DNA from: the human T2T-CHM13v2.0 reference genome, Homo sapiens
Assembly (NCBI RefSeq): GCF_009914755.1
Contig: NC_060934.1
DNA length: 64,000 bases
Direction: 5' to 3' (one strand)
The notes below the pieces were generated by a model. That model made no database searches, had not been told where the DNA came from, and saw only the letters and a program-made list of their open reading frames with translations. This document shows, in pieces, positions 1 to 16,376 of this stretch; the first letter of the stretch is position 1, and each line of letters opens with the position of its first letter. Both the position numbers and the translations under genes were made by a program.

Positions 1-2302
1 TTATATAAGGGAATACTATACCATGTAGTTGTTAAATAATATCTTTAAAGAATATTTAAAGACATAAGAAAATGCTGATAATGTAGCATTGAGTGAAACA
101 GAAGGATAAAAATCTCTATATGCTCTAAGGTGTTAATTATGTTTTAAATTATCTTCTAATGATGTTATAAAATATTGTTTTTAAAATGTTAATTATGTTT
201 ACAAGTAATGATTCTTAAAAATATAGAAAAAATCTGGAAAAGGGGGCTCACTGTTAATAATTCTTAAAACTAGGTAATAGGTAATGGAGATTTATTATAT
301 TCATACTATTCTATTTCTACATATTTTTGTTTTTCATAATACTTTTTAAAAAGAATGACAAGAAGAATAGATTAAAAACAGATTAAATCCTTGATATTAG
401 TGCTTTGTAACCTGTTTAAATGTAAATTAACTCTTGACCAGTTTTGTTATTAAACCATTATTTATACTTTTTAATGGTTTCTTAAAGCATTTGAGAGATG
501 TATATCAGACTTGTTTGGTTAAGGATGAATTGTGTCTGAATATCTGTCTAGAAAATAGCTGTTTTAAGTATTTTCCGTATCTGAAAATGATATGAGGACC
601 ATCTCCCACTACTGCATTCCCATAAGTGGTTTTATTTTTCATCTTTTAAAATGGTGCAGATTTTTCAACATAGCCAGCGTTCGTACATTTCCAAAGTCAA
701 CTTTACATTAGTCGGGGTGAACAGTATCTTATTTTGACAAAATTTCCCCTCTTTAGACGGAAATGAGGCAAAGAGGAAAGGTGTAACTATTTCTTCTTGT
801 CTCTATAACTGAAACAATATTCAATGTAAGTGAATTTTACTTGTAGCAAATATTCCCTTTATAAGCCCTCCATTTATCTTGTAGGTGGCCCTGTAAAATA
901 TACTTTATTTGATTTTACACACTGTGCTCATGCTTTGGCTTTATGCCCAACCTCCCAGGCTGCAGACATCTACAGTAGACCCCAGTGTTAAAGAAAACAA
1001 GCCCCTCAAAACCCTAGAAAATATTACAGTTATTAATAATAAATTCTCAGTAATATTCACATTGGAGCAGTAATAAATTATATTAATAGTAGCAGTCCTT
1101 AAAAATGGTCCCACTCTTCACTAAAACATTCAATCTTACCCATGTTCCAAATGAAATGATTATTGTTTTCTACTTTCTACTCTTACAAGAAAGAGGTGTT
1201 AAGGGTATTCTGTTTATTTGTTTGACTTATTCTCTTTAATACAGAAGTTAAAAAATAAAGGCAAAGCACATATATGTATAGTATCAACTAGCACCAAATC
1301 CTTCGTATGTGAGAGAAAATGATCTGCTTTGGAAGCCAGTTACATACATTTAAGAAATATGTCAAGCAATCTAAAATGAATATGTTAAATGGAAAATGAC
1401 TAGTCCTGACAAATTCTTCTAAAATGCAAAATAGCGGTAATTTAGAAGTTTATGGAGGAAGGGTAGATCTTGAAGAAAAATATGTGTTTTAATTAAGGAA
1501 GAAAATAAAGAACGGGAAGAAAGAAGAGGAAGAAAGATAGGGAGGGAGGCAATCCAGGCATGAAGCAGACGCTCCTGGATTGAAGTAGAAATACAAGAGG
1601 CATATTGAGGAAACCATGTTGGAACAGATGGTTTATATAAGGCAGTGCTTTTCAAATTATGTTCTGATGCCACCCCCAGAGGGGCTAGCCAGCAAGGGGT
1701 GAGGAGGCCCGCTAGTGAAGTCTTTAAGTGAGGCAGTGCTGCAGGTATATTAGAAAAACTGATCTGACAGTGGGCACAGAGGAATGTGTTGGGAAGCTAT
1801 TCAGTAAGTCCGATGAGATGGCATGAGCTCAGATGTATTACTGGCCACGAGTTTGAAAATAAAACAAGAGAATGGATGCATGTACTCTCACCAAGGGAGA
1901 ACCACCAGGAGTAGGTTACAGATGGGAAGAATGTTGTACTGGGGGAAGGAGGTATCAAAGCCCCATCAGTGAAAGAAGTGAAGAATCCCACATTGAATGT
2001 AAATCTGATGATACTAGATTGTATGAGAATACAGAAGATAATACTTTGATTGTATCCAAGTTCTAAAGGGAAATATAAAGTGAATTAAAATAATTAGCTT
2101 GAATATGTAAAACATAACTTTGGGATTATATCTAGTGTCAGCGGTGTGGATGAACACACAGCAGATCTGGGAATTGTGTTCTTGTTTACACTCTAGTTAG
2201 TTTTTCCTTAGATGTCTCTAAACTGAAAAGCTCCTGTGCGGTGGAGGAGTGGTGGGGGTGCTAAGTTAAATTGAAAAGCCCCAAGCTTTGTGGCACAGCT
2301 AA

Positions 2303-2681
<379 letters not shown>

Positions 2682-2965
2682 TTAAGGCAGAGATTGTTAA
2701 TGATGTGGCTTCTAGTTGGTAAGTATAAAATCCCCAGCAAGAGAAGCGTATTCTTCCTGTGACTTGTTGACATAAGCCCCAAACCAATGGATAAGGAAGC
2801 CACCAGGCATGTACTGCCCTCTGCAGCAATCAGTCAATCAATTGGTAAACAAACTAACTATAAATGAACTAAAAATATGGAGAGATGTAAATATTTGCTC
2901 CAGTGTAAGAAAGACTTATGTAAATGCAAACACTTATTTACTCTAAAGGTTCACAAATATATATG

Positions 2966-3345
2966 TGTTATGGGCTGAATTCTGTCTCCCCAAACTTCAT
3001 ATATTGAAGTCCTAACCCCCTGCGCATCAGAATGTGACTACGTTTGGAGTTAAGTTATTTAAAGGTGTGATTAAGTTCAAGTACGGTCTTTAGAGAGGGC
3101 CTTAATCCAGTATGATTGGCTTCCTTCTAAGAAGAGATTAGGCCACACACACAAACTGAGGGGCCATTATGTGAGGACACAGCTAGAAGGCTACAAGCCA
3201 AGGAAAGAGGCCTCAGAAGACACCAAATCTGCCAACGTTTTGGTCTTGGGCTTCTAGCCTCCAGGACTGTGAGAAAGCAAATTTCTGTAGTTGAAGCCAC
3301 CCAGTCTGTGGTATTTTGTCAGGGTAGCCCTAGCAAACTAATACA
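2966..3345 (+). mobile_element. MaLR solo LTR (MLT1A/B-like)
   Basis: Starts tgttatgggctgaatt and ends ctagcaaactaataca; flanked by atatg/gtatg, a decayed 5-bp TSD. Confidence 0.85.
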
Positions 3346-3419
3346 GTATGCATGCATTTCTGTAAAATTTGTAAATTAAAACAAAAGATAATAACCTACA
3401 AAAATATTGATTAACATAT

Positions 3420-4357
3420 AAAATAGACAAGGAAGGACCTAGAATCAACAACATTCCAGTAGCAATGAGCACACTTAGCTCCCAGATCTTGGCTTCAAAT
3501 ACTGTTCTCCAATAAAAGGAACTGGGGCTCCTTGGAGAAATAGCTGATTCTAGGAATGGGGCAGGAGATACAGTAGTCCCCCTTTATCAGAGGGGAATAT
3601 GTTCCAAGATTCCTGGTGGATGCCTGAAACCACAGATAACACCAAAGCCTATATATACTATATTTTTTTAATCTGATAACCAAAACAGCTGCTAAGAATA
3701 AGCGACTACAGGGCAGGTAATGTGTACAGCATGGATACACTGAACAAAGGGATGATTTGTTATTTGTAGAGAATAACTCCCCACTCAAGCATGGGCTGTG
3801 CATGGTGACTTCTTTCCAAATAATATAGTACTAAAAAGTGGACAAAAAAGAGTAACAGCAAAATCTGACAAAGTCCTACTTCAGCATGGTGGTCAAGATT
3901 AACAGCAGTGATAAGTCACGTTGATAGACTGTGTCCTTGATATAATGTGATAAGAATTGCATTTGACCTCTGTGGTTTTCCTCCCGAAAACCCATATCTC
4001 ACTCTAATCATGATTAGAGTGAATAGAGAAGCATCGTACAACATACTTAACCAGCACTCCTGAAAACTGTCAAGGTGATAAAAAACAAAGTCTGAGAAAT
4101 TTACAGCCAAAAAAGCTAAGAGAGTAGCTGAGTGTAATGTGCTATCCTAGAATAGAGAAAGGAGACTAGGTAAAAACTAAGGAAACCTAAATAAAGTATA
4201 AAGTTTAATTGATAAACAAAAATCAGCACTGGTACATTAATTGTAATAAGTGTACCATGCCAATATAAGATGTTAATAATAGGGGAAACTGGGTATGTAG
4301 TATATGGGAACTATCTGTACTATCTTTCCAACTTTTCTGTAAAATATTCTCAAAAAA
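3420..4357 (+). mobile_element. Old L1 (L1MC-like) 3' region, interrupted by MER44
   Basis: attccagtagcaatgagcacac, ggctccttggagaaatagctgattctagg and terminal gggaactatctgtactatct motifs typical of L1MC 3' UTRs. Confidence 0.7.
3571..3760 (+). mobile_element. MER44 (Tigger7-derived) fragment
   Basis: TA followed by cagtagtccccctttatc...gttccaagat...tggatgcctgaaacc. Confidence 0.7.
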
Positions 4358-4469
4358 TGGCCATTTAAAACAACAGAAAACAAATAGACAAAGTTATCGT
4401 ATACTCATCAAAAGGCCAGTAAGCACTTGAAAAAATTTCAAATTTGCTGGTATTCAGAAACACACATTA

Positions 4470-4763
<294 letters not shown>

Positions 4764-5023
4764 AAATGCGCATTAAAATAGCTATAAGGTTATTGTTTTT
4801 CTTCTGTTTAGCTTGCAATTTTTTTTTTTCCTAACGATGATACCTATGATCAGCAATGTATAGGAATGTAAAATGGATCAGCCTTTCTGGAGGGCATTTT
4901 GGTTAATAGATAAAAATGTGTGTACCCCTTGAAGCAGCAACATCACAACCAAGAAGTGAACATCAGTGATGACAAAGTTTTTCACAGTGTTGTGTAGAAT
5001 AGTAAAACCTCAGAAATTAATCA

Positions 5024-5418
<395 letters not shown>

Positions 5419-5948
5419 CTGTAGGATAACATTTGAGGACAAAAAACTTCTGTGCCATATTATGTGAAAATATCCATTGTAAACTGTGTATACTATGTCG
5501 TGAGATTTCTGTGTCTATCTTTTCATTATTCATTTGTACATATGTCTTGGACCTGGGATTTGGTGATCTTTACAAATGGCATTAGATTAAGTCCTATTCG
5601 TGATTTAAAGTCAATTTGTAAATGCTTAAAGTTATTTTAATGCATATTATAGTTAATGTATCAAGAATTGCCTTACAACTCTGTCATAATTAGAACCCAG
5701 TGATTCTAACTAGTGGAGTGAAGGACCAAGTTTTCATTACCACAAATTGTGTACGTGTATGTTTATGTCTTAGGTATACTACACGTGGATAAATAGTGGG
5801 ATTTGTGTGCAATAAGATATTGCCTGTGATTATCTCTGACTGGCAGGGTTGGAGCAATTTTTATTTTATTATTGGTGATTTCCTACATTTTCTAAATGTT
5901 GTTCAAGGAACCACAGAATATTTTTTGCAATGAGATAAAAAGTTTTAG

Positions 5949-6313
<365 letters not shown>

Positions 6314-6467
6314 AAATTATCTTTTTATTAAAAATATATTTTTACTTTTTCTGAGCGGATTTAATTTACACACAAATTTACAGTTATTTGTTTATTAGGT
6401 TAAATTTTTATGAGCTGTTTAAAACATTGTTGTGTTTGAACAGTATTCTCATTTTTTTTACTTTTAG

Positions 6468-6540
6468 GCTGGTGTTTGGAATGCTTTATCCTGCATATTA
6501 TTCATACAAAGCTGTGAAAACAAAAAACGTGAAGGAATAT
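6468..6540 (+). CDS. REEP3: REEP3 coding exon 2 (73 nt): (V)[24 protein letters not shown]
   Basis: Acceptor ttttttacttttag|G CTG GTG and donor GAATAT|gtaagt. The translation matches the REEP1-4 N-terminal hydrophobic segment plus the basic [10 protein letters not shown] loop. Confidence 0.97.
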
Positions 6541-7324
6541 GTAAGTATAGTTTTATGAGTGATTAATCTGAGTTTAATATTTTAATGATACACACTGAAA
6601 AACTGCTATTCTCTTAGAAACGGCTGGAGTAGTGTTTTGGGTTAAAAGGTGTTATGAATGTGAAGTAACAAAACTAATCTTTTTTAAAATCTTTGAAGAT
6701 AACCCCAAAGTGGAGTTTCAATAAAAATAAGTGTATGGTTCCCAAGATGAGTAATTGAATAGGTCTTGATTTAGTCTATAAATTCCAGTGTAATAAGGGG
6801 TTGGAGAACTTTTGTTTGTTTGACTTGGGGAGGGGAGTTGTGGGGCTTTTTGCCTTATAAATTTATAGGTACATTGAGAATATCTCTCTGGCCTCAAAGC
6901 TTTTTTCCTCTTCTGTAGGTGTTTCATCACTTTCTAATCTATATAAATATGCAGATACTCCATCACCACTGACAACTGCAGTCTTTTTTCCTTCTTGAAT
7001 CAGACTCCATTTGTAATTATTTTGCTTTGATTTGCGATGAGTCCTCAATATTTCTTTGTTTTTAGTTTCCTCTTCCCTATTCCCTAATTTTCTTTTTCTG
7101 TCACTAACATTTATTTTTTAGGATTTCTGAAGTTCTCCTCATTTCTCATTTTATTCATACTGTGTAATAGTAAATGGCCTTCCCCACCTATAAATCCTGA
7201 TATAGTTTAGTATATGTGATGGAGTGAATTTTTAGAGAATAGCAAAAGCATATTGTATTGGTGGTGTTAATCAACAGGATAAGCAGTCAATACTGAGATA
7301 ACAGCACATCAATAACTATGCCTC

Positions 7325-7830
7325 TTTTTTTTAAATTGAGGTGACATTCACATAACATAAAATTATCCATTTCAGAGGCATTTGATGCATTCACAATATT
7401 ATACATATATATAATACAATATAATACAACTCTTTCTAGTTCCAAAATATTTTTGTCACCCCAAATAAAACCCTGTGCCCAAGTTGCTGACAACCACCAA
7501 CCTGCTGTCTGTATGTATTTACCTATCCTGGATATTTCATATAAATAGAATCATATAATATGTGACCTTTTGTGTCTGGCTCCTTTCACTCAGCATAATG
7601 TTTTTAAGGTTCATACGTATCTTAGTATGTATTTCATTTTGAATGTGTTACATTCCTTTTTATGGCTGAGTAACATTCTACTGTATGGATATATGACATT
7701 TTGCTTATCCATTCATCTGTTGACAGACATATGAATTGTTCTGTCTTTTGGCTATTATGAATAGTACTGCTACAAACATTCACATACAAGGATTTGTTTG
7801 AGCACCTGCGTTTGATTCTTTGGGATATAT
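7325..7830 (-). mobile_element. L1MB-like 3' end
   Basis: Antisense old L1 3' UTR motifs (ggatatttcatataaatagaatcata, tatggctgagtaacattc). Confidence 0.75.
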
Positions 7831-8321
7831 AGCTGTGGTTCTTTGTAAGGAATCTTGGATGATAGTCTTGTCATCCAATTGGTCAAATGAACAGAGATTA
7901 GATCATTATTCTTTATATTTTCAGGGTTTTTGGGGGGTGGGAGGAAGGGACAGACTCTGAAACTTTTATAACTAACTCATTTTATTAAACTTTTACGGTC
8001 ATTTTTTTCTCTTGTATATAAAACTAACTTCTGAAGTGAAGTATATATTAATATAAGTCAAAATGGTGGAATACATCTGGCAGAGGTAAATAAGTTACAT
8101 AGTTGGGCTCTCAAATTTTTCTATCCTTTTATTATATGTGTCTTTTGGACCTAGGATTGGTGAAATTAATCTTAAGAGATGGAACCATATTAAGTCCTGG
8201 TAATTTAAATTCATTTTATACATGGCTTGAAGGTTCATATTCATAAGTTGGAGTAAATACTTTGCGTATTGTTTTATAGTGCTGGCATACATTAGTTTCT
8301 AGATGCCAGCGTGTCTGTTAA

Positions 8322-8692
<371 letters not shown>

Positions 8693-8776
8693 GACTAATA
8701 CTTTTATAAAATGAAATACTAATCACTAGAAATAAAGAAATGAAAAAAGCCCCTAAACCTGAAATACAACCCAGAA

Positions 8777-9120
<344 letters not shown>

Positions 9121-9787
9121 TGAAATTACTGTCAAATAATGTACTTTTGCCTATTGTTTTCATTATTGTATTATTAATATACTTACAGTAACACAGTAGT
9201 GCTTTTACAGCCTTGTACAATTCCATAGACAACACTCTGCCCTACTGTGTAATATTTTAATTGGAATTCTCTTTTGAAAGATAAAATTAAGAGTTGGCCA
9301 TCATTTCCAAACACCATGAAAATATGAGTTGAAGAATCTGCTTCTGGCCAGTGCTTAATAAATGGGAACCATTTCCCTATTTGGAATGTTTTTTATATTG
9401 TTATTAAATTAGATCTTTTTTTGAGTCTAATTCAATGTACAGTTGAAGTACAGGGTATTATGTCTCTCAACATTGGGCCCATTTCACCTAGAAAGCATTC
9501 AAGAAGCCCGGGATATATAATAATTTGGTGTGCTGCTGTGTGTGTGTGTGCATTGTATATATATTTGTGCTTACGGTATTCTCCAATCTTTTCTCCCAAA
9601 TCTGCTTTTTTTTTTTTTAGGAAAAGAAAGCTAAGTACAAATTTTAAATGTTTAGATGAGAAGCTCTAATAACTTGAGAATATTATCAGTAAGCACAGAA
9701 ATACCATCCCTAAAATAAACGTCAAAGGTAAAGGGATAGCATAAGAAATATAAAAATAGTTAATAAACTGTAATAAAAAATAGGCTT

Positions 9788-10100
9788 GGCCACGTGCAGT
9801 GGCTCACAACTGTAATCTCAACACTTTGGGAGGCCAAGGCAGGTGGATCACTTGAGGCCAGGAGTTTGAGACCAGCCTGGCCAACGTGGTGAAACCCCGT
9901 CTCTACAAAAAATATAAAAATTAGCCGGGTATGGTGGCATATGCCTGTAGTCCTAGCTACTGGAAAGGCTGAGGTGGGAGAATCACCTGAGCCTGGGAGT
10001 CGAGACTACAGTGAGACATGATCCCGCCACTGCACTCCAACCTGGACAACAGAATGAAACCCTGTCTCAAAAAAAATACTAACAATAATAATAAAATAAA
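9788..10100 (+). mobile_element. Alu (J/S)
   Basis: Full dimer with A-rich tail. Confidence 0.85.
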
Positions 10101-10322
10101 AATCAGAAAGATTAATGCATTTATAAATGATGTGCATCAATTCAATTTTGTTAATATTAATTTTTAGAGACTTAAAAACAACAACAAAAAAAGACTTAAA
10201 AAAAAGAATTTGTGTGTTTTATTACCCCTGATACAACACTCAGATTTTCATTACTAGATTAAAAATTGGGGATTGATAAGGATGGTCTAACCCTGAAATT
10301 TTTATTCAACTTTATAAAGATA

Positions 10323-10356
10323 ATTGCTTCTTGGCATTTTGGCTAAGATCAAGTGT
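10323..10356 (+). pseudogene. 3'-truncated U2 snRNA retrocopy (first ~34 nt)
   Basis: attgcttcttggcattttggctaagatcaagtgt versus U2 5' end ATCGCTTCTCGGCCTTTTGGCTAAGATCAAGTGT: 3 mismatches, 2 of them CpG decay. Flanked by the direct repeat aagataatt. Confidence 0.85.
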
Positions 10357-10574
10357 GAAGATAATTTAGGCTATGGAAGATAATCCATCAGCATTCAAAC
10401 TGATGAGAAAACTATAAACATGATATGTATTGAGATATATGTATATGTGTGTATTTAGTTACATAGTGAGCATACATACAGCTTTGCACAGTTGTTTTCA
10501 GAGAATACTCATTAATAAAGCTGGAATTATCTGTACATAATTTTGCAGTAATACCATGTCTCAGGAAAGCATTT

Positions 10575-10692
10575 CCTTTTATTTAACTTTGATTGTAAGT
10601 TTAGGGTTTGTGCAGGTTTGTTAGGTAAATTTGTGTCATGGGGGTGTGTGGTACAGACTCTTTCATCACCCAGGTATTAAGCCTAGTACCCG
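10575..10692 (-). mobile_element. Short L1PA (older primate) 3' end
   Basis: gtgcaggtttgtt...ttcatcacccaggtattaagcctagtaccc. Confidence 0.7.
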
Positions 10693-10956
10693 GAAAAAAG
10701 ATTTTCTTAACCATCCATTTGAGAAGACCAGAATAATGAGTAATTGAGGAGAAATTAGGGAAGGTAAAAGGCAGGTGGCTGGAGCTGGTTTGATAATTAC
10801 ATGGTAATCAACTCTACTTCACAAATAAAATGAGAACTAAAAGCAAAATAAATGGCCAGGCACTGAAATAAGGACAAGGCATCTGCCTTTGACAGGGAAA
10901 TGTGTCATCTCTGAAGACCCTCCCAGCAACCATATTGCCTTCCATCAAGGCTGCTA

Positions 10957-11242
<286 letters not shown>

Positions 11243-11399
11243 GGGTGGGGTAGTGGGATCAGGGGGAGGCTGCTAGAGAGACTAAGTTGAGATGTCACCT
11301 TGGAATAGTAATATTTTCCATTTATATGATTTCCTACGAGTTTCAAAGTACTTTTGTTTATTATTGTTTTAATTTGCTACCCTGGATAATTTTTTGAAA

Positions 11400-11867
11400 C
11401 AAATTATCACACTCTTATTGGCTTAGAACAACGTAAATTTATTCTCTTACAGTCCTAGAGGTCAGAAACCTAAAATGAGTTCACAGGCCTCACCCCTTCT
11501 GGAGGGTTTAGGGGAAAGTCTGTTTCCCTGTCTACTCCAGCTTCTACAGGCTGCCCGCATTCCTTGGTTTATGGCTTTATTCTTCCATCCTCAAACCCAG
11601 CAATGTTGGGCTGAGACCTCTTCATGCTGCCATCTCTCTGGTTCTCTCTCTTCTGCCTCCTCTTCCACTTATAAGGACTCTTGTGATTACATTGGGCCCA
11701 CCTGATTAATCCAGGATAAACTTCCCATTTCAAGGTCAGCTGATTAGCAACCCTAATTTCATCTGCAACCTTATTTCTCCTTTACGGTGTAACCTAACAT
11801 ACTCAGTTTCCAGAGATTAAGACACAGACATCTTTAGGGGAGAGAGGGCATTTTTCTGCCTACTCCA
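11400..11867 (-). mobile_element. MaLR LTR (MLT1D/E-like)
   Basis: ggcttagaacaac...tttattctcttacagt...gattacattgggccca...ttctgcctac. Confidence 0.75.
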
Positions 11868-12434
11868 ATAATATCTCACTTGTTCTAACTGCAGTCTTAT
11901 GAAGTAGGCATAGAAAATATTCCAGTATTACAGGCTTAGAGAAGTGAATTTACCTGGAGTCACATGGATTGTAAAGACAGAATTGGTACCAGATCAGAGA
12001 TCTTCTGTTTCTAGTATTTTATTCATTCTATTCTACCATGCTACCTTTAGAAACACAGGTGAAGATTCTAGCTTCACGTAAAAGTTGAAACAGCCTTCAC
12101 AACCAGCCAGTGAATATGCATCTGATTAATTCAAAGCTGGACGTTCGGGGGCCACGGCCATATAGATATTTTCCAAGAAGGACAATCAGGCAGCTTACCA
12201 GGGCGGGACCCACCAGCATTGAAATCGCATGTGAACAAAGAGGTTCAAAATGAAATAGAAGGTTTTGAAAATTCTGTAAAGTTCCTCCTTTAAAAAAAAA
12301 TAAAATCCCTTAAATCTTGACAATCTTCTAAGTATTTCCAATCTAATTTCACTCTGACAAAAATTTTGAACATTATTTGCTTGCACCCAGTGCAAGGCTA
12401 AGTCCTAAACTTAGCCATCTAATTTAAACCGACT

Positions 12435-12668
12435 TTTTTTTTTTTAATTATACTTTAAGTTCTCGGATACATGTGCGGAACGTGTAGGTTTGTTACATAG
12501 ATATACATGTGTGACATGGTGGTTTGCACCCATCAACCTGTCACCTAGGTTTTAAGCCCCGCATGCATTAGGTATTTGTCCTAATGCTCTCCCTCTCCTT
12601 GCCCCTGACCCTCCAACAGGCCCCAGTATGTGATGTTCCCCTCCCTGTGTCCACGTGTTCTCATTGTT
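12435..12668 (-). mobile_element. L1PA7/8-like 5'-truncated 3' end
   Basis: ttatactttaagttct...ggttttaagccccgcatgcattagg; TSD ttaaaccgact/ttaaactgact. Confidence 0.85.
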
Positions 12669-14475
12669 AAACTGACTGTTAACAGTTTTATCAGAACTCT
12701 GTCCTCATAAAGTTTTCCTATACAGTAATCCTATCCAAATTTTCTTTGTTTTATACATGGTATTTTCTTAGTAAAATTAACCTTTTTATATTGCCCTGTT
12801 ATGTTTTTAATAGCACCTTATAGTATCTGATGTTATATTCTTTATTTGAATATGTTTATGTTCCCCACCAGAATAAGCTCCATGGGGAATGTTTTGTTGT
12901 TTTATTAATTGCTATATTCCTGTACCTAGAACAGTACCTGCTGCATAATAGGTACTCAATATTTCTTGAATAAATAAATGAGAAAAGTTGACTTTTAAGT
13001 AAATATCAAATATTGTGCTTAATAGCTTGTACATTTCTTAAGTGGATTGATCTAGTTTACCAGCTTTGATTCTGCTGGGTTAGGGAGAATACAGTCCAGT
13101 CTTAACATTTATCCCAAAACCCAGTTTCTTTGTGGTATTTGGTTATGACCTAAATTTCACTGCTATCTACTTCAAAATTATTTTCAGAAAGCAAACATTT
13201 TCGGTTAATTTACTTCTTCCCACCCCCAACTACTACCATTCCCCTTAAGCCTGCAAATGGTAGATTGCACCTGATAAAACAGATGCTGTGCTCAAATCAA
13301 AACAAATGGAAAGTACTGTGTATTTTGGCAACCTTCCTTTCTTCCTTTGCCTATTTTTAAAACAGAGCTTTCCTAGGATATAATTTCCTGCATAGTGTGG
13401 CTGATATGGCCTACTTAAAGACTTTCAGTCTTGCAGTAATTGAAATGTAAACTTACTGAAGAATTAGTATGGTTTTGCAAATTTTTTCAGGCTCATTCCA
13501 TCTCATGACTTGAAAATAGAGTGTTTACTTCCAAGTCGTGTGTAATTGCTGTAGCTTTTCTAGGAAACCAGTGTTCTTATTCTAAGAATGTTGGAGAAAG
13601 CAGCAATGAAAAGATTGGCTAACAGCACTTACAAATCAAAATCAGACATTTGGTTCTGAGATTTACTGTGAGCAAGAACAAAGAACAGGAAAAGCTGGGA
13701 GATTACTCTCTAAAAGGCCTAGAAATGGCCCTCTAAAAGTCTGCTGACTTGGTTTTTGAAAGTGACCTAATTTTCGACTGACTATTTAGGTGATATGAAA
13801 ATGAACAAATATACCACATGCCAGTTCTACAGATCTTATTGATAATGAAATCTGAAGTTGTCTGCTAACTTTAGAGTGGAAATAGAAGGGGAAAAACATA
13901 CTAAAGAACTTTTCTTTGTTCTCAAGAAGTGTTTCCTAGGTATCTTTTGATAATTTTGATAAAAAGTATTCATTTCATTTAAAGGTTTTAATAATTTAGA
14001 AAGTTTAAAGATTAGCGTACTGATTATGATGGGATTTTTACTGAAAATTAGTTTTGTCAGGCTGCTTGCTTGTCTGTGTATTTTCTATTCTAATTTAGTT
14101 TTTATTTTTATCAAAGCTGTATTTACTTATAATGTAAAAAGTCAATTAGTTTTCCAAGGCTTATTATGGAAAACAGTAGTTCCCCAGGCTCCCATCCCTA
14201 TGTCTAACTCTCTAGAGGCAACTAGTTCAAACTCTTTTATCTGAATCTTTTAGCATTTATTGCCATATTCCAAATAACATACTTATTGTGCTATTTCTTA
14301 ATTTTTCAGATGGATGTCATGAGTTAACTTCCTTCTACGAAAGATGATTTAGCAGTTACCCAATGCCACTATACACTTGCATATTTCTCTGTTCTTATAG
14401 CTTCCCAGAATCATTGCAGTATAATTTGTTTAGCTCAATATTCAATATTTATATTATTTAGACAAAATTAGAAGC

Positions 14476-14690
14476 AATAGAATATAGAGGTAAAGTGCAC
14501 AATGTCTGGAAACAGGCTTCCTAGGTTTCATCCTAGCCCTACCCATTACTAGCTGTACCTTTGGACAAGTTATTTAACCTTTCTGTGCCTCAGTTTTCTA
14601 ATCAGTAAGTAGTAGTAAATAATGAACATATTATTTAATTATATGAATGCACATAAAGCATTTAAATCAGTACCTTAAACATAACAGTAC
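14476..14690 (+). mobile_element. MIR
   Basis: MIR core: ggacaagttatttaacctttctgtgcctcagttttct. Confidence 0.7.
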
Positions 14691-14749
14691 CTGTCATATA
14701 ATCATTTTCATTATGTAAACACTATTCACAGCTGATCTCCACAGTATCC

Positions 14750-15846
14750 TGCCATTACCATTCTTTACTCTGGTGTTATTCACTATCTTGTTGTTTCATT
14801 TGTGTGGTGTTCTCTGTGTTCTTACTCTGTATCCAGACCCAAACTTTCCTAGAGTTGTGTGCATTTCTTCTCAGTGATGGTTCTTGTTTTGGATTCTCTG
14901 ATTTCTTAATTACTTAATTTCTTCATTTTGATAAAATGCATCCTTCCTGAGAAGGCTATAATGAGAGGTCAATTTCTTTTTTTTCTTTTTTTTTTTTTTT
15001 TTTTTGAGACAGAGTCTCGCTCTGTCGCCCAGGCTGGAGTGCAGTGGCACGACTTGGCTCACGGCAACCTCTGCCTCCCGGATTCAAGCAATTCTCCTGC
15101 CTCAGTCTCCCAAGTAGCTGAGATTATAGGCATGCGCCACCATGCCTGGCTAATTTTGTATTTTTAGAAGAGATGGGGTTTCACCATATTGGCCAAGCTG
15201 GTCTCGAACTCCTGACCTCATGATCTGCCTGCCACGGCCTCCCAAAGTGCTGAGATAACAGGCATTAGCCACCGCACCCAGACCCCAAGAGGTCAGTTTC
15301 TTGAGATGCTAGGTTGGAAATCATTTTCTTTCAGAATTTTGAGAGCAATTCTTCATTGTCTTTAACTTCTGGTGTTGCTGTTGAGAAGGCTGAAGCCATT
15401 ATGATTCTTACCTGTTTTTCTCCCCATTCAGGAAGCTTGTGGGATATTTTCTATTTTCCTGTTGTTTTAAAATTTCATGATGATGTACTTTGTTGCGTGA
15501 GTCCGTTATAGTCAATTTTGCTAAACCCTCAGGAGTCCCTTTTAATCTGGGAATCCTTTTTCCTTCAGCTCTGAGAAATTTAGTTAAAATTATCTCTTTA
15601 ATACTGTTCTGTACTCCATTTTCACTGTTGTTCTGTCTGGAATTCTTTTTATTCATTTGTATTTGTAAGGCACTTGGACTGGTTCTCCAATTTTTTTTTT
15701 AATCTTTTCCCTTCTCTTTCCCATCTCTTTTTGTTCTACTTTCTGATTGAGTTTCTCAGTTTTATCTTCTAACCCTTCAATGGATCTTTTAATTTCTGCA
15801 CCTATGTGCTTAGTTCCTGAGAATATGACTGACAGTTTTTTGGACA
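14750..15846 (-). mobile_element. Ancient L1/HAL1 ORF1 remnant, interrupted by an Alu at 14970-15285
   Basis: Minus-strand ORFs 15653..15847 ([24 protein letters not shown], coiled-coil-like) and 15408..15656 (IKEII...) resemble decayed L1 ORF1p. Confidence 0.6.
14970..15285 (-). mobile_element. AluS
   Basis: Antisense dimer; flanking direct repeat agaggtcaRtttctt. Confidence 0.88.
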
Positions 15847-16163
<317 letters not shown>

Positions 16164-16376
16164 GACATTTTCTTCTTTCTACATAGTCTTTCGTTTGAAT
16201 TCTGTTTTACATTTGTTTCAGCTTCTGTTTTTCATGTATAATTTCCTCAAATGTTGGATGATCTCGGGTTCTCTGCTCATTTTTTAGGATAATAATGAAA
16301 AGCTGCCTGGAGCTCTGTGCCCATGAAAGGGCTTATTGAACGTGATCTTCACTGTAGAGTGATCTGACTAGACTAT

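Noticed and set aside
1669-1702. CTCF-like strings (cccccagaggggcta, ccagcaaggggg); similar AGATGGCAGC strings near 27515 and 48025
   Set aside because: Multiple core mismatches or wrong spacing, and little supporting CpG retention.
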